DNA of 60,000 nucleotides from Lama glama (taxonomy: Eukaryota), in contig CM052817.1 in NCBI GenBank assembly GCA_028534125.1, positions 1,986,001 to 2,046,000 of the forward strand, read 5' to 3'. The position numbers were made by a program, and so were the translations under genes. Shown piece after piece: positions 33,668 through 48,110 of this stretch (position 1 is the stretch's first letter; the number at the start of each line of letters is the position of its first letter). Under the pieces are notes generated by a model. The model worked only from the letters and a program-made list of their open reading frames with translations, did no database searches and had not been told where the DNA came from.

Positions 33668-36600
33668 GTAAGTCACACTTTCTGATGTATATTTTTATTA
33701 TTTTTAATGACGCTTTTAAATTGTAGAAGTATATTTCCTATTAAGCATGAGTAGATGATGTTTTCTTGGCCTGTCCGTACCCCACAGTGCTTGGGGGGGT
33801 GGGTTAGGGCCAGTTGCGGGGGCCCCGTCTCTCCCAGTGCCCGCAGCGTGTTGGGGAAGCGGTTTGTTGGGGGACGTGTGCAGTGTGATAACGACGCCTG
33901 GCGAGGCCTGGTGCGGCCTGGCGCCTACCTGTGCTTGGCAAGTTACAACCCGCTGTGCCTTGTTGCAGAACCAGCTTGTAAGCCAGCATTAAGTGAAGTT
34001 GTCAAAGCTCTTGCTGAATTTGAGCAATTCTGGAAATTCGGGTGAGACTCTCAGTTGCTAAATTTGCCTTAAAATTTAATAGCTGAATTGAGGGTAGTGG
34101 AATGAATTCACAGGAATCAAAACTCTGTCTTTAAATGACTTTGTGCGTGGGAATTCTCTTAACAAGGCCGACCCAAGAAGGAAAGGGCCAGCGTTGTCCT
34201 GTTTCGCTGAAGATATTTCTGTGATGTAACCTTTATCATTTTAGTTCAAGGATTTTTTAAGACTCTTCCGTTCTTCCAAGTGCTCCTCGTTTCTTCTAAT
34301 GCTTGTCAAAGTCCTCACGCTCACAGGTTTTGTTTTGCTTTTTGGACGTTTTTAATTACTCTGTTCTTTATCTATGAGAGTTGGGTTTTATAGTTTATCA
34401 AAATGGAAGAGCACTTTATTTCATTTATTTACTGGCTGTGGGCCCCAAGGACTGTCAGAGCTGCGGAAAGTAATGGGGTTCAAGGGCACTTTCTTTACTG
34501 GGAGTTAAAGAGAAACCGAATGTCGCTTTCTTGACACTTTCTATTGTCCTACAACTGATGACTTCAGTCATGGGCCTTAGGAAGGGTTGCTTGTGCCTGG
34601 ACAGGCCGGGGCCCTGTACCTGGAGGGCAGGTGGGGCCCGAGTCTGCCGGCCTGGAAGGCGCAGCTGGTCGCTCTCTGTCCGTCGGTCCAGCGTGGGAAG
34701 TGTGAGATGTGCTGGTACCTGAGGCTGAGACCAGACACATCCTTAGGTTTGTGTTTGGGGACGTGTTTTTAATGAAAGAGTGATGTTACCTATCTTATTA
34801 CAATGGTAATCATGTCATTTAATCAGTCTTAAGCTAGGAGTGGGAGAGCCTCCTTAGTGAGAGGGAGTGAGGCCTGTAACCAAACCCAGGCTGAAAGTGA
34901 GCGGTTTTTACAGTGTTCTGCTCGCGCTGGGCCTTTCTGCCCTGTGCTCAGTCGTCTTTTCTGGTAGAAGGCATTCATTTCTGCAGGAAATTTGAGTGTA
35001 TTTAATATGATCAGTCTACTCATAAACATTAAGCTTCTGTTATTTCTAAAGTTTTCTTGTCAGCAGTAGATGCAGGAACCCCAGGGAGTTTGATTATATA
35101 TTCCATTTTGTAATTTTTAAAAAGCTAAACTTCCCAAGTGTGGGAAGTCCCCCACTCACAGGCCTGGGTGTCCCTTCTAAGGAAGTGGTATCCTGGCTGG
35201 TGGCAGTGGCTCCCCCTTCCCTGTGGGGGATCCCCACCCCGGCCCTTCCTCTCCACCTCAGACCCAGTGCCCCTGGGGACAGGCCCTCCCCTTGGTGGGC
35301 CCCTCTGTGACAGAGGCGGGGGATGGTCATGATTTCACGAGCACACCGTGAATTTCAGGAACTGGGCCAGACAGTTACATGTATTCTATGGAGTTTATTT
35401 ATGCTTTTATTATCTTTCCACCTTCAGTTTCTTTTCTGATTATAAATAAGAAGAAAAACTCATCTCATTTCATTTGCATGTTAGTTCTAGGAGGAACGTG
35501 TTATATTCTGCTGTCTTTACACGTAAAAACACCTCAGCAGAAAGAGGGTCACGTAGATACCAAGCTGAAGTGGGAATTCAGACTTTGAGGCCTGCCTGAT
35601 GGCAGGGCCAGGCCCTGGCCTCCGCCACCTCACCCCAGAGCCCCAGATTCAGCCTCAGACCCTCCAGGTCCTGACACCTGCTTCCTGGGGTGCCCCCGAC
35701 CCCGCTGTGGACCCCTGCCCAGCGGGGGATGGAGACTAGTTGAGGGGACCCAGGAGTGTGTCTCTCTCCACACGAGATGTTCCACACTCTGTGTTGGGCT
35801 GGGGATTGTGGTCCCCAAGGGCCCGGAGCTCCCACAGCGCCAGCTCCTTGGGGTGAGGGGGGCGCCCTATGCTGCCGGGGTGAGTCAGGAGCCAGCTCTG
35901 GGAAGCGGCCTCCTCACCAGCTAGGCCTGCCTCCACCGAGCCGCCCGGCCTAGTCCTGGTGACTAATAAAGCGCTCACCCAGAAATAGTTTGGGTTCAGT
36001 TAACCTCGTCAGTGAGCTCATTTGGAGTCATTAACTGCCGTGTTCAGTTCCCACGTTGTCCTCTTATGAGAGCTGTTCCCACCGTGCGGTCGGTTCCGGG
36101 GCTGCCCTGTCGGGGGGCTGCCCGGTGCCCTGTGTGCAGCCCCCCCCAGCCCACAGAGGGAGAGGGGCCCCAAGCCAGAGACCACCCTGTGAAGGCAGGC
36201 GTGGGGGTCAGTCCTCGGAGGGCAAGCCAGGGGCAAGTGAGCTGGGTGGGGGCAGATTCTGCCCTGAGGAAAGGAAGACCATTCTGGCACTTCAGAGAGG
36301 CTCAAAGGGCTGCTGATCTGCCCCGTGGCAAATTATTCACACTGAAGACCCCCAGCGGCAGAAGCTTGGTGGGGGCCTGAGACCTCGCCTTGAGGGGAGG
36401 GAGCCTTCCAGCAGCCTGCACCTGGGGTCCGGCACAGCGCAGCTTCGTTGTCATAAAAGTTTATTCTCCTATTTTCTTTCTTTTCTTTTTTTTTTTACTT
36501 TGCACCAAGCAGCTTTGCCAGGATCCCCTCCCACCCAACTCCCACACCCAGGGACGGCCAGGCTGCCAGGAAGTTTAGGCCCTCCGCTTCTTTTCCCCCC

Positions 36601-39549
36601 CTTGCCAGGGGACTGTCTTAGAGCCCGCGGGGCTTGCCTCTGCTTCTTTGAGAAAGTCAGTCAGTTCTACTCAAAGCAGTTTGGTTGTTAAAGTCTTTTT
36701 TCTATGTCATTATTTTAACTTCTTAGACATATCTTGCTTCTTTTTTACTTTTTATTCATTTTGTAATAGTACTGATTTTTGTCCTTACTTGGTCTAATCA
36801 TCTTTGCATTGGCCCCTTTCTCTCACAGAACTTGAAGAATTCCTGAAGTTCTCTAGGCTGTGTCTTCTTCCAGACCAGACTTTGTGTTTGCTTTTTGCGT
36901 ATCATATACCTTCTGTCATCCACCCACCCACCTACCCATCTGTCCGCCCATCTGTCCACCTGTCTTTCAGTGTATCCCCCCCGTCTGCGGATGTCAGCAG
37001 CCCCCCGGTCCTCATCACTGGGCTTTCGGGCACTGACGTCTTGAGCCCAGAGAGACCGCAGTGCTGAGCCCCGGCGCCCTTCCGCCTGGTGCCGACCCCC
37101 GCGGTGCCAGCTGGGCTCTCCCCGCAGGGCTTCCCCTTGACCTCCCTTAGCTGCCCTGCCACCCCGCCTCAAGAAGAATGTTCAGGGTTTTGTTGATGTG
37201 CCTTCCTTCCCCAGGACAACTGATGGGGACTCAGCGGTGGGTCAGATGCAGAACCTGTCAAAACCTTTTTATTTTTATCATTTGTTGGCTTTTTTCTTTT
37301 TCTTGGTTGAAGCTTCTGGCATCAGACTGTGCCCTCTTTTTTTTTTTTTGGCTGCTTTTGCTAAATTTGTGGCTGATTTTTATCCCCCTGGCCCACCCCT
37401 GCCTGTGGTGGATGTGAAGAAGGAGAGTCTGTGACTCCTTCACTCGCCCATACTCACCCGAGATGCTGCTGGGAGCAGGTCTGTTTTGTCTTGTTTGGAA
37501 ATAGAACTTTCAGCAGGAAAGGAAGAAGAAAGTGGGTCGTCACAGACTAGAACTTTCCAGCCCTTTCCACCTACTCCTCTTGGTGCTAGGGGGTGAGTGG
37601 TCTTGGGTCTGGCTGCTCCCTCTCCAGGGCCCAGGAGGGCCCTTCTCCCAGAAGTTTGCACTCACCTGGCCAGGGCTGAGCGTCTTTCTGGGTCCTGCCC
37701 ATCTGCAACCCTGCTGGACACCGCGTGAACCCTGGTGGGCACGGTCAGGGCCAGATCCAGGGTGGGGTCCCTGATCCCCACCCCCAGGCTTGGGGTCCCT
37801 CCTCCTGCCCAAGTACAACCCCCGCTCCCCATCCGGGCCTGCCTCTTGGCTCTGTTTCCCTTGTGCTCTACATTCACGGTCAACTTGGTTTCCAGAAGTG
37901 ACTCTTATCACTGCAGGTGTCTGGGGTTTGCAGGGTCTCTCCTTTAACACCATCCTGCATGAGGGAATAAATGCAACACACAGAAAGCCGCCTGCTGCCT
38001 TTGGTCATTCGCTGGAAACTGCTGGCTCCTCTGGGCAGCTCCAGCATGGCCAGCATCCTGCCCCCAGAGCAGCTCACCTCACGGTAGCGGGGACCGGGCC
38101 ACGGGGGAAGCCCACCGGCATGCCGTTCTCCCTCCATCTGTGTCTTCATCTTTAGTCTAGGCCTCGTCGCATCTTCCCTTTGCCTGGTGGGACCACCAGG
38201 GGAGAGCAGGCACCACGGCAGACTGCTTCCTGGGCCCTCAGAGCGACTGCCCGACAGTGACAGTCACACCCCTGTTAACTGGGGAGTTAAATGGCCTCTG
38301 TCTGTTGAATATAAGATGTTATTATCTTTAGTGTTTTTTGGCCAGTGAATTCGCATTCCATAAAATTATGAACGAGAAAGAGAAATGGAGAGGTTTCAGA
38401 GCAGTGCCATGGGATTTGCACAAAATCTCCTCGTCAGAAAAACCGTGCAGCCTGTTTGCACATTTTCAGAGATGTTTGCTAAAAGTAAGATGGAATGTTC
38501 ATTTGTAATTTGCTGTGTGAGGGGGTTATTGTAGTCAGAAGTCTGTATTTTAAGTCTGTTTAATGTATCACATTCTTTATGGTTTGCTTTTGAACTTAAA
38601 AATTATACCCAGAATAACATAGTGTATTTATAGGGTACGAAGTACTAAGTATTTGTAAACACTAGTCAGACTTAGATTTTAGTTTTTCAAAGTATGGAGG
38701 CTTGATTTCTGCCAAGATTCCTCCCAATGTACTTATTTCTTTCCAGTTCTACAAGATATTTGGAGAGAGTTTTTATTAGTAAGTCTTTATAGTTGTGAAT
38801 TTTTTTTAAGCAAACAGAAGTTCAAAAGAAATAAAACGAGTGACCACATACTTTCCCCCTCAGAAGTCGCGTCTGTTGACATGTGGGCATCTCTGCCTCA
38901 GCCCTTTTCCCTGGAGCATTGCGGTCACCGTGGAGGTCCCCTTCATGACCCTCCTGTGTCTGTTCCTTGTCCCCTCCACCCCAGTGGCCCTGCCTGGAAG
39001 TAGGTGTATCCTTCCCACTCCAAGGGGAGTGAAAATTTGATTTTTGGAGGGAAAACCTTTCTTAGGGAACTTAGTCCTGTGCCAGGACTGGTCAGTAAGC
39101 CCTGTGACCGCCCGAGGGCGTCTCCCTGCGGCAGCTCCCACCACAGCCCAGCCCATGTGGGTCCTCCTGGTCTGGGAGCCGCTTGCATGAGTGTTTACTT
39201 ACGCCTTGTGCCCCTTTTTTGTATGTATTGTATGTCAGTAAAGAGTTTAGTCAAATAGTTAATGTTGTTTTAAATGTTTGAAGCTTCTCACCTAAGGACT
39301 TTCAGAACAGTCTGAAATTTTTATTAGGTTCACTCCCAGGAGAATATGTGTGAAGTTGCTGAGAGAAACTATTATATAGAGTGGACTGGAAATCTAATTG
39401 GGCAAGTAATTTAGGGGAAAAGTCTCAAAGTCACCGCTGAGGTTGGGGAGGGCTCAGTGGCTTCTGTCAGGGGCTCTGTCTAGGCAGCTTCTGTGCAGAT
39501 TCGGGAAAACTGTAAAAAGGGAAGGAGCGTGTCCCTGGGTGTTCCTTAG

Positions 39550-40740
39550 AGGAAAGCTTTTACGATTTTCTGTTTCTCGCTGGTTTTCAGCAACTTAATG
39601 ATGATGAGTCTTGGGCTGGTTTTACCGTCTGCCTGCTGCTTGGGGTGTGTTGGGGTCAGGCGTTGTTCACCCCCTCCCACTGTGGGAGGGTCTCTGCGAG
39701 GCACTGAGCCTTGTTCTTTTCGGCCTCTTTTCCCTCCGCATACTTCGAGCTGCATAGTTCGTGTTGCTCTGTCTTGAGGTTCACTGCTCTGCTCCTCTGC
39801 AGTGCTGTGATGCTGCGAGCTCCATCCTGAGAACTGTCCATTCCAGAGATTTACTTATGTCTCTAGCAGCCCCTTTGGATCTTTTATAGCCTTCACTTCT
39901 GTCCTCATGTGTTCATGCTTTTCATTTGAAGTCGCGAGCATGTTTCCAGCGGCTCGAGGTGTCTTCAGGGCCGTCTGCCGACCCGTCCTTGCTGCCGCTC
40001 CTGGGTCCGTTCTGCTGGCCGGTCCTTCTCCCAGTCATGAGCCACGCTCTTCTGCATCTTCGCGTGGCTGGTGGCTTTCGACCGGGTGCAGGACTTTGTC
40101 GTCCTTTGAAGGGTATGGGTTTGTTTTCACTGACAGCTAAGCTGCTTGTGGTGCTTGATCCTTCTGAAGCTGGTTTTTAGGCTTTTTTCAGGGCAAGGCT
40201 AAAGCAGCTTTCACGGTAAGCTTGGTTAGTCCTACTCCTTAAGCCTGTGGGGCTTCGGGAGACCCCACGTGTGTGAAGGGCAGATGTCAGCAAGAACTGG
40301 TGGATCAGGAGTCTCCCGGCCCTGTGTGGGTCCTGGGAACTGTCCAGCTGCAGCTCCCAGCTGTTCTTGGCCAGGCCTCCTGGGTTGCATCCTGTGTGTG
40401 CACAACCTGAGATTCCTGCAGCTCTTTCTCCACTGGCTCTTTTCCCCTGGCACCTGCAAATTCCAGCTACCCTCGCCTTGGCTAATGCTCATCTCTGTCT
40501 TTTCAACTCAGTAGAAGGCTGTAACTGATTTGGGTTCCCCTTCTGGGTGCTGCGGTTTGTCAAGTGCCTCCTGGCGGGCGGCTGGGTGATCCGGGACTCA
40601 CCTTGTTGATTTCTTTTCCATCAGGAATCAGAGTCCGATTTTTGAAAGCTGCTGCTTCATCTATTTTGCCTGGCTTTCTAGTAATACGTGGCAGGGGTGA
40701 AGTCTTGTCCCAGTTACACCATTATCCAGACACAGATTTC
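39550..40740 (-). mobile_element. Ancient L1 ORF1 / 5' region remnant
   Basis: Minus-strand ORF 39546-39755 contains TSPRLIIIKLLKTSEKQKIVKA, matching L1 ORF1p TPRHIIIKLLK...KEKILKA. The extent to 40740 is approximate. Confidence 0.65.
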
Positions 40741-42349
40741 TTGTGATAGTTTTTTTCACTGTAATTGTAGGATATGGTCTGTAAAATTCAAAACAAAACT
40801 CAGATCACAGCACTCCCTTGCACGAAGAACTTCAGTGATTTCCCATTACCTGTAAGCTAAAAGCTGCATCGCAACCCAGAGAAGTCGGGCTCTCTCCCCC
40901 AGCCCTGGCCCCAGGACGCCCACTGCCCAGCTCGGCACCGAGCGCACGGAAGCAGCCGTGATGACGCACACCGGCTCTGGAGCCCAGTGAGCTTCGACTG
41001 CCTTCACATGCCCCTACTGTTCTGGGAGAGGTTAGTGTTCAGTTGAAAAGTCACAGCATCAGAATGAACTAGAGAAATGAACAATGAGATGGCACCCTGA
41101 GTGTCCCAGAAACTCATCTACTGACTTCCTTGTGTGTCATGACTCAGCCTGTCTCCCGCCCACACGGTCCCCAGTTCCCTCCAGAAACCAGCATAGGGAC
41201 CCCCCAGGGCCGGAGGAAGTGCCCCTCCCCTGATGGGAGGGGATCTGGGAGAGCTTGCCGCTTCGGGAGGGATGTCTGGCTTGTCCAGCACCACGTAGGG
41301 AAACCCCAGAGGCATCGTTGCACGCTGGCTGACTGTTATAGGTGAGCTTCCTCCGGTGAGGGAGGCTGCGGTGCTGGTGCTGGTGGTATCGACGGCGCCC
41401 AGCTGTGGGCAGGGGCTCCCAGGGCCGTGCACACGTTCACTCCTGCCTCGCTGTAGCCCCGCGAGCAGGTGCAGCCCAATCTGCAGGCGGGCAGCCTGGA
41501 GGTTGGCCAGGAGGCGGGGGGACCTGCCCCTCTTTGAGCCTCCACCGCGGTCTGCTCCAGAAGACGGCTGTGTGTGTGGTTCCTGTTGGCGCGGGACGCT
41601 GGTCACTGTGCAGCTGCAGCCAGGAGGGTTCCTGCACCAGAGCAAATCTGGGCGACCCTTTCTCCGGATTCCCAGGTGCTGAAAAGCTTCCACGGGACGT
41701 TGTGAGAGCAGCCACATCTGACAGTCCTGACACCACTCAGTGTTTCCCCAGTGAGCTCACATCAGTCGAGCTCCAGGTCACTGACACCAGCGGTGAGTGA
41801 GCTTCCAGAGCTAACTGTGAGGAGGTGGCTGGAATGCGGGGAGGCCGGTGCCGGCCCAGGCTGGGCTTGGCCGTGCTCCCTGTGTGGCCCTGCTGGTGGC
41901 GGGAGACGGAGGTGAGGACAGTGGAGCCCGTGCCCCGTGCCAGGTCTGCTCCAGACTCGGTCCCTCCACTCTCAGGCCCATGCTCTTCAGGGTCGGTCAC
42001 CCACCCACCCTCGGACAGGTCCATGTGTGCACGGTGCCCCGCCTGCCAGCCGATGGGCAGCTTGGGACACATGGCACAGGATGCCCTCACTTGTGACAGG
42101 CCCCCCTGCTTCCTGGTGACAGGCCCCCAGATGCCACGGTGACCAGTTTGAATATATCAAATGGAGATAACAGATCTAGAAAGAAATGTAGCTAACAACC
42201 GTGTAATTAAATACTTAATTACCCCAAATTACATTTGACACGAAACCATGCTAATTTAGAAAGGCTGCTCCTTTCTTCTGCTCACGTTTCATGATGCAAT
42301 TTATTCAAACACTTGAGATGCATCGTGATAGAACTGTTCTTCAAGTAAT

Positions 42350-43590
42350 GAGTACTTTTTCTTGGAGAACAACCAACACGTGGGAAGCTCACGCCATCTG
42401 TGTGTGGCCTCAGGAATTTTCCTACGGCCCACACCCGTGTCACCGGCCCCTACTAGCCCTGCCGCCCGAGCTGACCACCAGCCTGACCGCTGACACTCTC
42501 ATGAGTTTTGTCTGCAAAGGGGACTCTGCAGAAGCGATCCGCGCCCCATGTACACCGAGTGTCCGCGTTGGGTGCCACGTGGCACTGGTTTGTGAGTCTC
42601 GTGCCATGTGTGGAGTGTGATGCCTGCTTTCCCCACTGCTCCCATGTCCACCCTACTGTTGGTGATATTTGCAGTCACAGTGGTGGACACCTGCGCCCAG
42701 TCCTGTTGGGCAGGCTGGGTCATGGTGTTTCCTGGGCACACTGAGCTGCAGTGACTCTGGCCGGGGCCTCGGAACAGTCCTCCAGTGGACACACTGGCCA
42801 GCAGTGCCCGAGAGCTCTGGCCACCACGTCCCTGGCATGTCCTGCCGTCTCTTCTCAGTTCACTGCTGGGGAGGTGGGTGGCCCTGGGTTCTGGTTTTAG
42901 TGTGCGGTTCCCTGGTGGCTGGTGGGTTGAACACCTTTTGTGTGTATTTGGCCACTTGAGTGTCCCCTTCTGAGAAGTGTCTTCACAAGACTTGCCTGTT
43001 TTCCTATTAGAGCATCTACTTTCCATATTGATTTGTAGAACATTTTCAAAATATATCCTGGAGATGATTCTTGCATTGGGTTTGTGTGTTCAGGTGAGCC
43101 TCTGCAGCTTACCTGGCCATTCTCTTCATAGTGACTTTTGATGACCGAAAGTTTTTAATCTTAATCTCATCCAATGTATCATTTGCTCTTTCTGAGGATG
43201 CTTTTTATGTCCCCTTGGAGCAGGCGTTGCCCTTCCCAGGATCATGCAGGTAAAACCGTCATTGTTTTATCTTTCGCACTGAGACCTCTGACCATCTGGA
43301 ACTGATGTTTTTTAATATGATGTGAGTTAGGGGACAGGATTCATTTCCCCCCCGAGACCCAGTTGACCCAGCTTCATTTGTTGAAAAGACAATCCTTTCC
43401 TCACTGAACTGAAGCAGCACCTTTATCGGGTAATCATCTATTTGCAGGTCTGTCTTCGTTCCACTGGGCTCTGTCATTGGATCAGCACCTTGTGTCTCAG
43501 TGACTGTTGCTTTGTGGTGCGTTTAGAGATCCAGCAGTGTGGACTCAGCGTTGCTTTGGTTATTCCAGGCCTTTTGTGTTTTCTTGTACA
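42350..43590 (-). mobile_element. Ancient L1 3' region remnant
   Basis: gtgtatttggccacttgagtgtccccttctgagaagtgtc; ccagcttcatttgttgaaaagacaatcctttcctcactga are L1 ORF2-end signatures. Confidence 0.65.
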
Positions 43591-44664
43591 TCTGGCAGCC
43601 AGTGTGCAGGTCGCTGGCAGCTCCAGAGCCGTCTTCACGTCTGTCTGAGCTGGTCGAGAGACGGCACTGCAGGAACCCTGTGTGACGCCTTCGCTGGCAA
43701 CGGCAGCGCGAGGCCCGCGCGGCCGCTGGCGGGAGGACGGTTGGGGTTTACTAGTTTTGTAGCTGTGCCTCCGTGGTCGTCATCATGCAGCCACTTACTG
43801 TCCTGCTGTCTGAAAATCCTGAGGTCATTTCCCCAGGAATAAACACTAAATCTGGCTTGGTTTGTTTGCCTTTAAAAAAAAAAGCCATTTCTTTTAGATG
43901 ACTGACCTTTGTAAGTGTCTAAAATGAGCATTAATTGAGATTATTTCAGGCTAATGTGTCACCTTCACATAGACTCCATTGTCCAAAGAAGGGGAGGTGG
44001 AAGCTTGTGACGTCCCAGATTTTGCAAGGGCTTGCAGTCAGGTGACCTGTCACATCAGCCAGGCCGCGCCTACTCTGGGTGTTGGCGGGTTATGGCAGGA
44101 TGCGCTTCTGGGAGGGATGGTGGTGGTGGAGGTAGGAGCCGGGCCGCAGGGCCTGGCCCGGCCGGAGGCCGCATGTCGGCATGGAGCTGGGCCCTGGGGG
44201 GTGAGCTGAGGTTAAGCCCACTGTGACCTTGAGGGTGGGAGGGGCCAGGAAAACGCTGAGGAGGACCAGCCGCGGTAGCGGGGACCCGGAGGGAGAGGCC
44301 ACGTGCCTGTGAGGCCAGCGAGGACCCCGGACCCACCTCACCGGGACGGCGACCTTGGCGTTGGCAGGGATGGGAGGGAGCAGGGCGAGGAGAAGCAGAA
44401 ACAGGGCAGTGACAAGGGGCCTGTGGCCTGGAGATGTCGTGTGGGGAGCTGGGAGAGTGAGTGAGGATGCGGAGATGCAGCTGGGCCAGAGCGTGAGCTT
44501 GGGGGCTGTCTGTCCATCAGTGAGCCTGATGCCTCGGGACACCGGTCATCAGGGACCGTGCAGCAGGGGTGCGTCCGGGACCTGCGAGAGGACTGGGAAC
44601 TGGAAGGCAGCTGGAGGCGGGGCGGGAGGCGAGTCCCACCTCTGCTGCCAGCCGGCTGCCTGCA

Positions 44665-44800
44665 TTCTCTGTCTGTAAACAGGTGCTAGGCCCCATCTTG
44701 AAGACTTACTGTGAAAATTAGCTAAACCAGCGTGTGTGATGCACTTAGAACCTGGCACAGGATAAAGAGTCACACAAATGATATCGCTGTTATTGTCAGT
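44665..44800 (+). mobile_element. MIR 3' remnant
   Basis: tctgtaaa...tgtgaaaattagctaa...gcacttagaacctggcacaggataagag...gctgttattg follows the MIR 3' layout. Confidence 0.55.
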
Positions 44801-44999
44801 GCTATCATTGCTGCTCTAACTGCATTTCCAATATAGCTGGATACCGGGGGTGGACCAGATTGCCTAGAAGGGCTGAGCAGGTAGAGAAAAGAGCCCAGAA
44901 CAGGTCCTGAAGAAGACTATGGGATCAATGGGCGAGAAAGAGCATCCGAGGAGAAAAACTCTTCATTCAGATTGTTTAAAACTCAATTTTAAAACTAAA

Positions 45000-47480
45000 T
45001 TGAGAGGGAGATTGAAAAAAAATTAAGTGAAATTATTTTCTGAGGTAGGTGCTAAGAAAAAGAAAACTCATATGGCAATATTAACATCAGATAAAATTAT
45101 TCAAAGTGAAAAAAACAATAAAAAAAAAAGAACAAAGAAGGCAGTGTGCACCAAAAATACAGCCTCCCAATTATAAAGTAAAGTTAGATGAACTACAATA
45201 AAAGTGGACAGATACTCTAAGGGGAAAAGTATAATATACTTTTTTCAGAAACTAAGACATTAAGCTGATTAAAAAAAAGAATAAGATCATAGAGTATTTG
45301 AATTACAAAACAGACAACTTAAATCTAGTATATATATGTGATATACTTATCATATATATGTAATTTTACAATCTACAGAGAATACACTGTTTTCCCCAAA
45401 GCTGCATGGAGTAGTTACCGAATTTGAATTTCAGAAGTGCATTTGCTACAAATTAAAAATACATTTATAGCATACAGATCACATCTACTAACAGCAGTGT
45501 AATTAAATAGAAGTCAGTCACAAAAAGATAATAAGAAGTAATTCATACTTTTGAAAATTTAAAACTATATTTCTGAATAATCCATTGGCCAAAGAGAAGA
45601 TGAAAATGGAAATTATAATACAACTTAGAACTGTTTAACAATTACAATGCCACATATTAACTCCAGTGGTATATGGTCAAGGTGGAAAAACTCTGTAGTG
45701 TTATATGTATATATTATAAAAAAGAAAAGTTGGAAAATATAGGAAATAAGTTTTCAACATAAGAAGGTGGGGAAAAACAACAAAATAAATGCAAATTAAT
45801 GTTAAATAATAAGGATAAAGCAGAAATTAACAAAATAGAAATCAAAACCAAAAATATATAGTTGATTAATAAAACCAAAAAATGAGTCTTTAGCAAGTAT
45901 AGTCAAGAAAAAGAGAGAAAAGATAAAGATAACATCAAGAATAAGAAGAAAGAAGGCGATGATACCAAAGATGACAGAGAAGTAAAGTTATAAGTAAATT
46001 TTATGAATAGCTTTATACTAATACATCTGATTACAAGATCAATTAGACAATGATTAGGAAAATACAGGTGGCCTAAAAAGAAAAAGAAACTTTGGTTAGG
46101 TAAATAACATAAGCAAAAATGATATGGAAGTCAAAGATTTACACCTCAAAAGGCAACATGCCCAAACCAATGTATAGGTGAGTATATCGGTCAACTTAAG
46201 ACAAATAATGTTGCAATAACAAATAATCCCAAAATCTTAATGGCTTTAAAAAAGCCGAATTTCTTTCTTATTTACATTACATGTGTATCACAATTTGGCT
46301 TTGTTTTGTTCTGCGTGTTTTCACCCCAAGAGCCAGACAGTTCCTCTGTGGGACACTGTGGGTCTTTGGCAGAGGGAAGACATGGCAGACCCAGGCAGTT
46401 CTCCCCCCGCAGTGACACGTTATGCTCTTTCACATTCACTGGCTGAAGCACTTCACAGGGTCAAGCCTGATGTCACTGTTGAGGGCATGGATAACCCTCC
46501 CACAGGGACGGGCAACAAGTATTTTGAACGTAACATGGTCTGTCACATGGGCGTAGAAGATGGGAAGCTACACAGCTCATTTTGCAAAATCAGCATAACC
46601 TTGACACCCAAACTGGACAAGGACAGCACAAAAGTAAATTATTGGTCAGTTTAACTTATGAACAAATACGGAAACTTCCAAAATAAAATTTTAGCAAATT
46701 GAATCTAGCACTGTTTTTTCTTAACACATCCTTATGAAGTGAGATTTATTCAAGGAATGCAAGGATAGTTCAACATTAGAGAATTTTCCCCTCAAGTCAC
46801 CATTCATTTGTTCAACAATTATTTTTTTGAGCTTCTGCTTTCTTCTAAAAACTGTTCTGTGCAATGGCAATACATTGGTGAACAAAACAAAGTCCCTGCC
46901 TTCATGAGGCTTACAGTATAGTAAAGGAATGTCATAGGTACATAAGCAGATTGGGCGTATTAATAGATTAAGAGAGTACATCTATATGATTATCATAATG
47001 AGACTAAGGGAGATTCTGATGAAATTAAGTACCTATTCCATTTTTTAGTTGAAGTATAGTTCATGTACAGTAGTAGTAATTTATAGGTTACAGGTGTACA
47101 GTATACTGATACACAATATTTAAAGGCTATACTCCACTTATAGTTATTATAAAATATTGGCTATATTCCCTGTGTTGTACAGTATATCTTTGTAGCATAT
47201 TTTATACATAATAGTTTGTACCTCTTAATCCTCTAAGCCTGTCTTGCCCCTCCCCCTTCCCTCTTCTCCCTAGAGACTATTAGTTTGTTCTCTGTATCTG
47301 TGAGTCTGCTTCTACCCGTTCCACTTTTTTTTTCAAGTTATACTTAATAGTCAAGCATTAGAAACGTTCCCATTAGAGCGAGGAACAAGACAAAGAAGTT
47401 CTGTATCTTAGCAACTATTTAACATCATATTGGAGATTCTGGCCAACACTATAAGGCAAGAAAAGAAAATAAATTTTAAA
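45000..47480 (+). mobile_element. Ancient AT-rich L1 ORF2 remnant with nested insertions
   Basis: Very A-rich; SITLTPKLDKDSTKVNY (46590-46645) matches L1 ITLIPKPDKD..KENY. Interrupted by an MLT-like LTR (about 46190-46548), an L2 3' end (about 46800-46925) and a minus-strand L1 3' end (47041-47312). Confidence 0.75.
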
Positions 47481-48110
47481 TCATCTAGCTAGAAACCCCA
47501 CAGCGTACCAGTCACTCGGCTGAGCCTGGCTTTTACAACTAATGAAGTTCAGGAAGATAAAAAGTAGTAGCTTTCCTAAACAACTGTTTTGATAGGAACA
47601 TCCTGGTAAAAGAATTAAAAATTAGGATCAACACCACATTAATAAGATGGGTTTTCTCTGGGGAGAGGAGATAGGACCAGGATTTTAGGTAATGATCTAT
47701 AGGGATTTTAGATTTGTGTTTAAATTTTTAAAGGAGAAAATATTTCATGAATTGTGCATTAAAGCTGCAAGACATATATAATTTGAAGTTATACACCTTT
47801 CAGCCTGTGCCATTTCATTAACTTGTATTTGGAACGCACGATTTATTTATGCAGCCAGTATTATTGAACGCGTCCCATGCGCCTGGTACTGCTCATCACA
47901 GTGTTCCTGTGATGCCAGTATATGGTTGCTACCACGGCTCTATGGAAAGGCGCAGTGACTTGCTGAGGAGCGGCGTTCTCGCAGTATCCCTGTGGCGTTC
48001 GTACATGGCTATCACTTCTGCATTACAGAAGGGTGAGGGCCTCGCCCAGCTAGGACGAGTGGGGCCGATTCAGCCAGGCGTTATGACTCTGGAACCTGCA
48101 CCATGAACCA

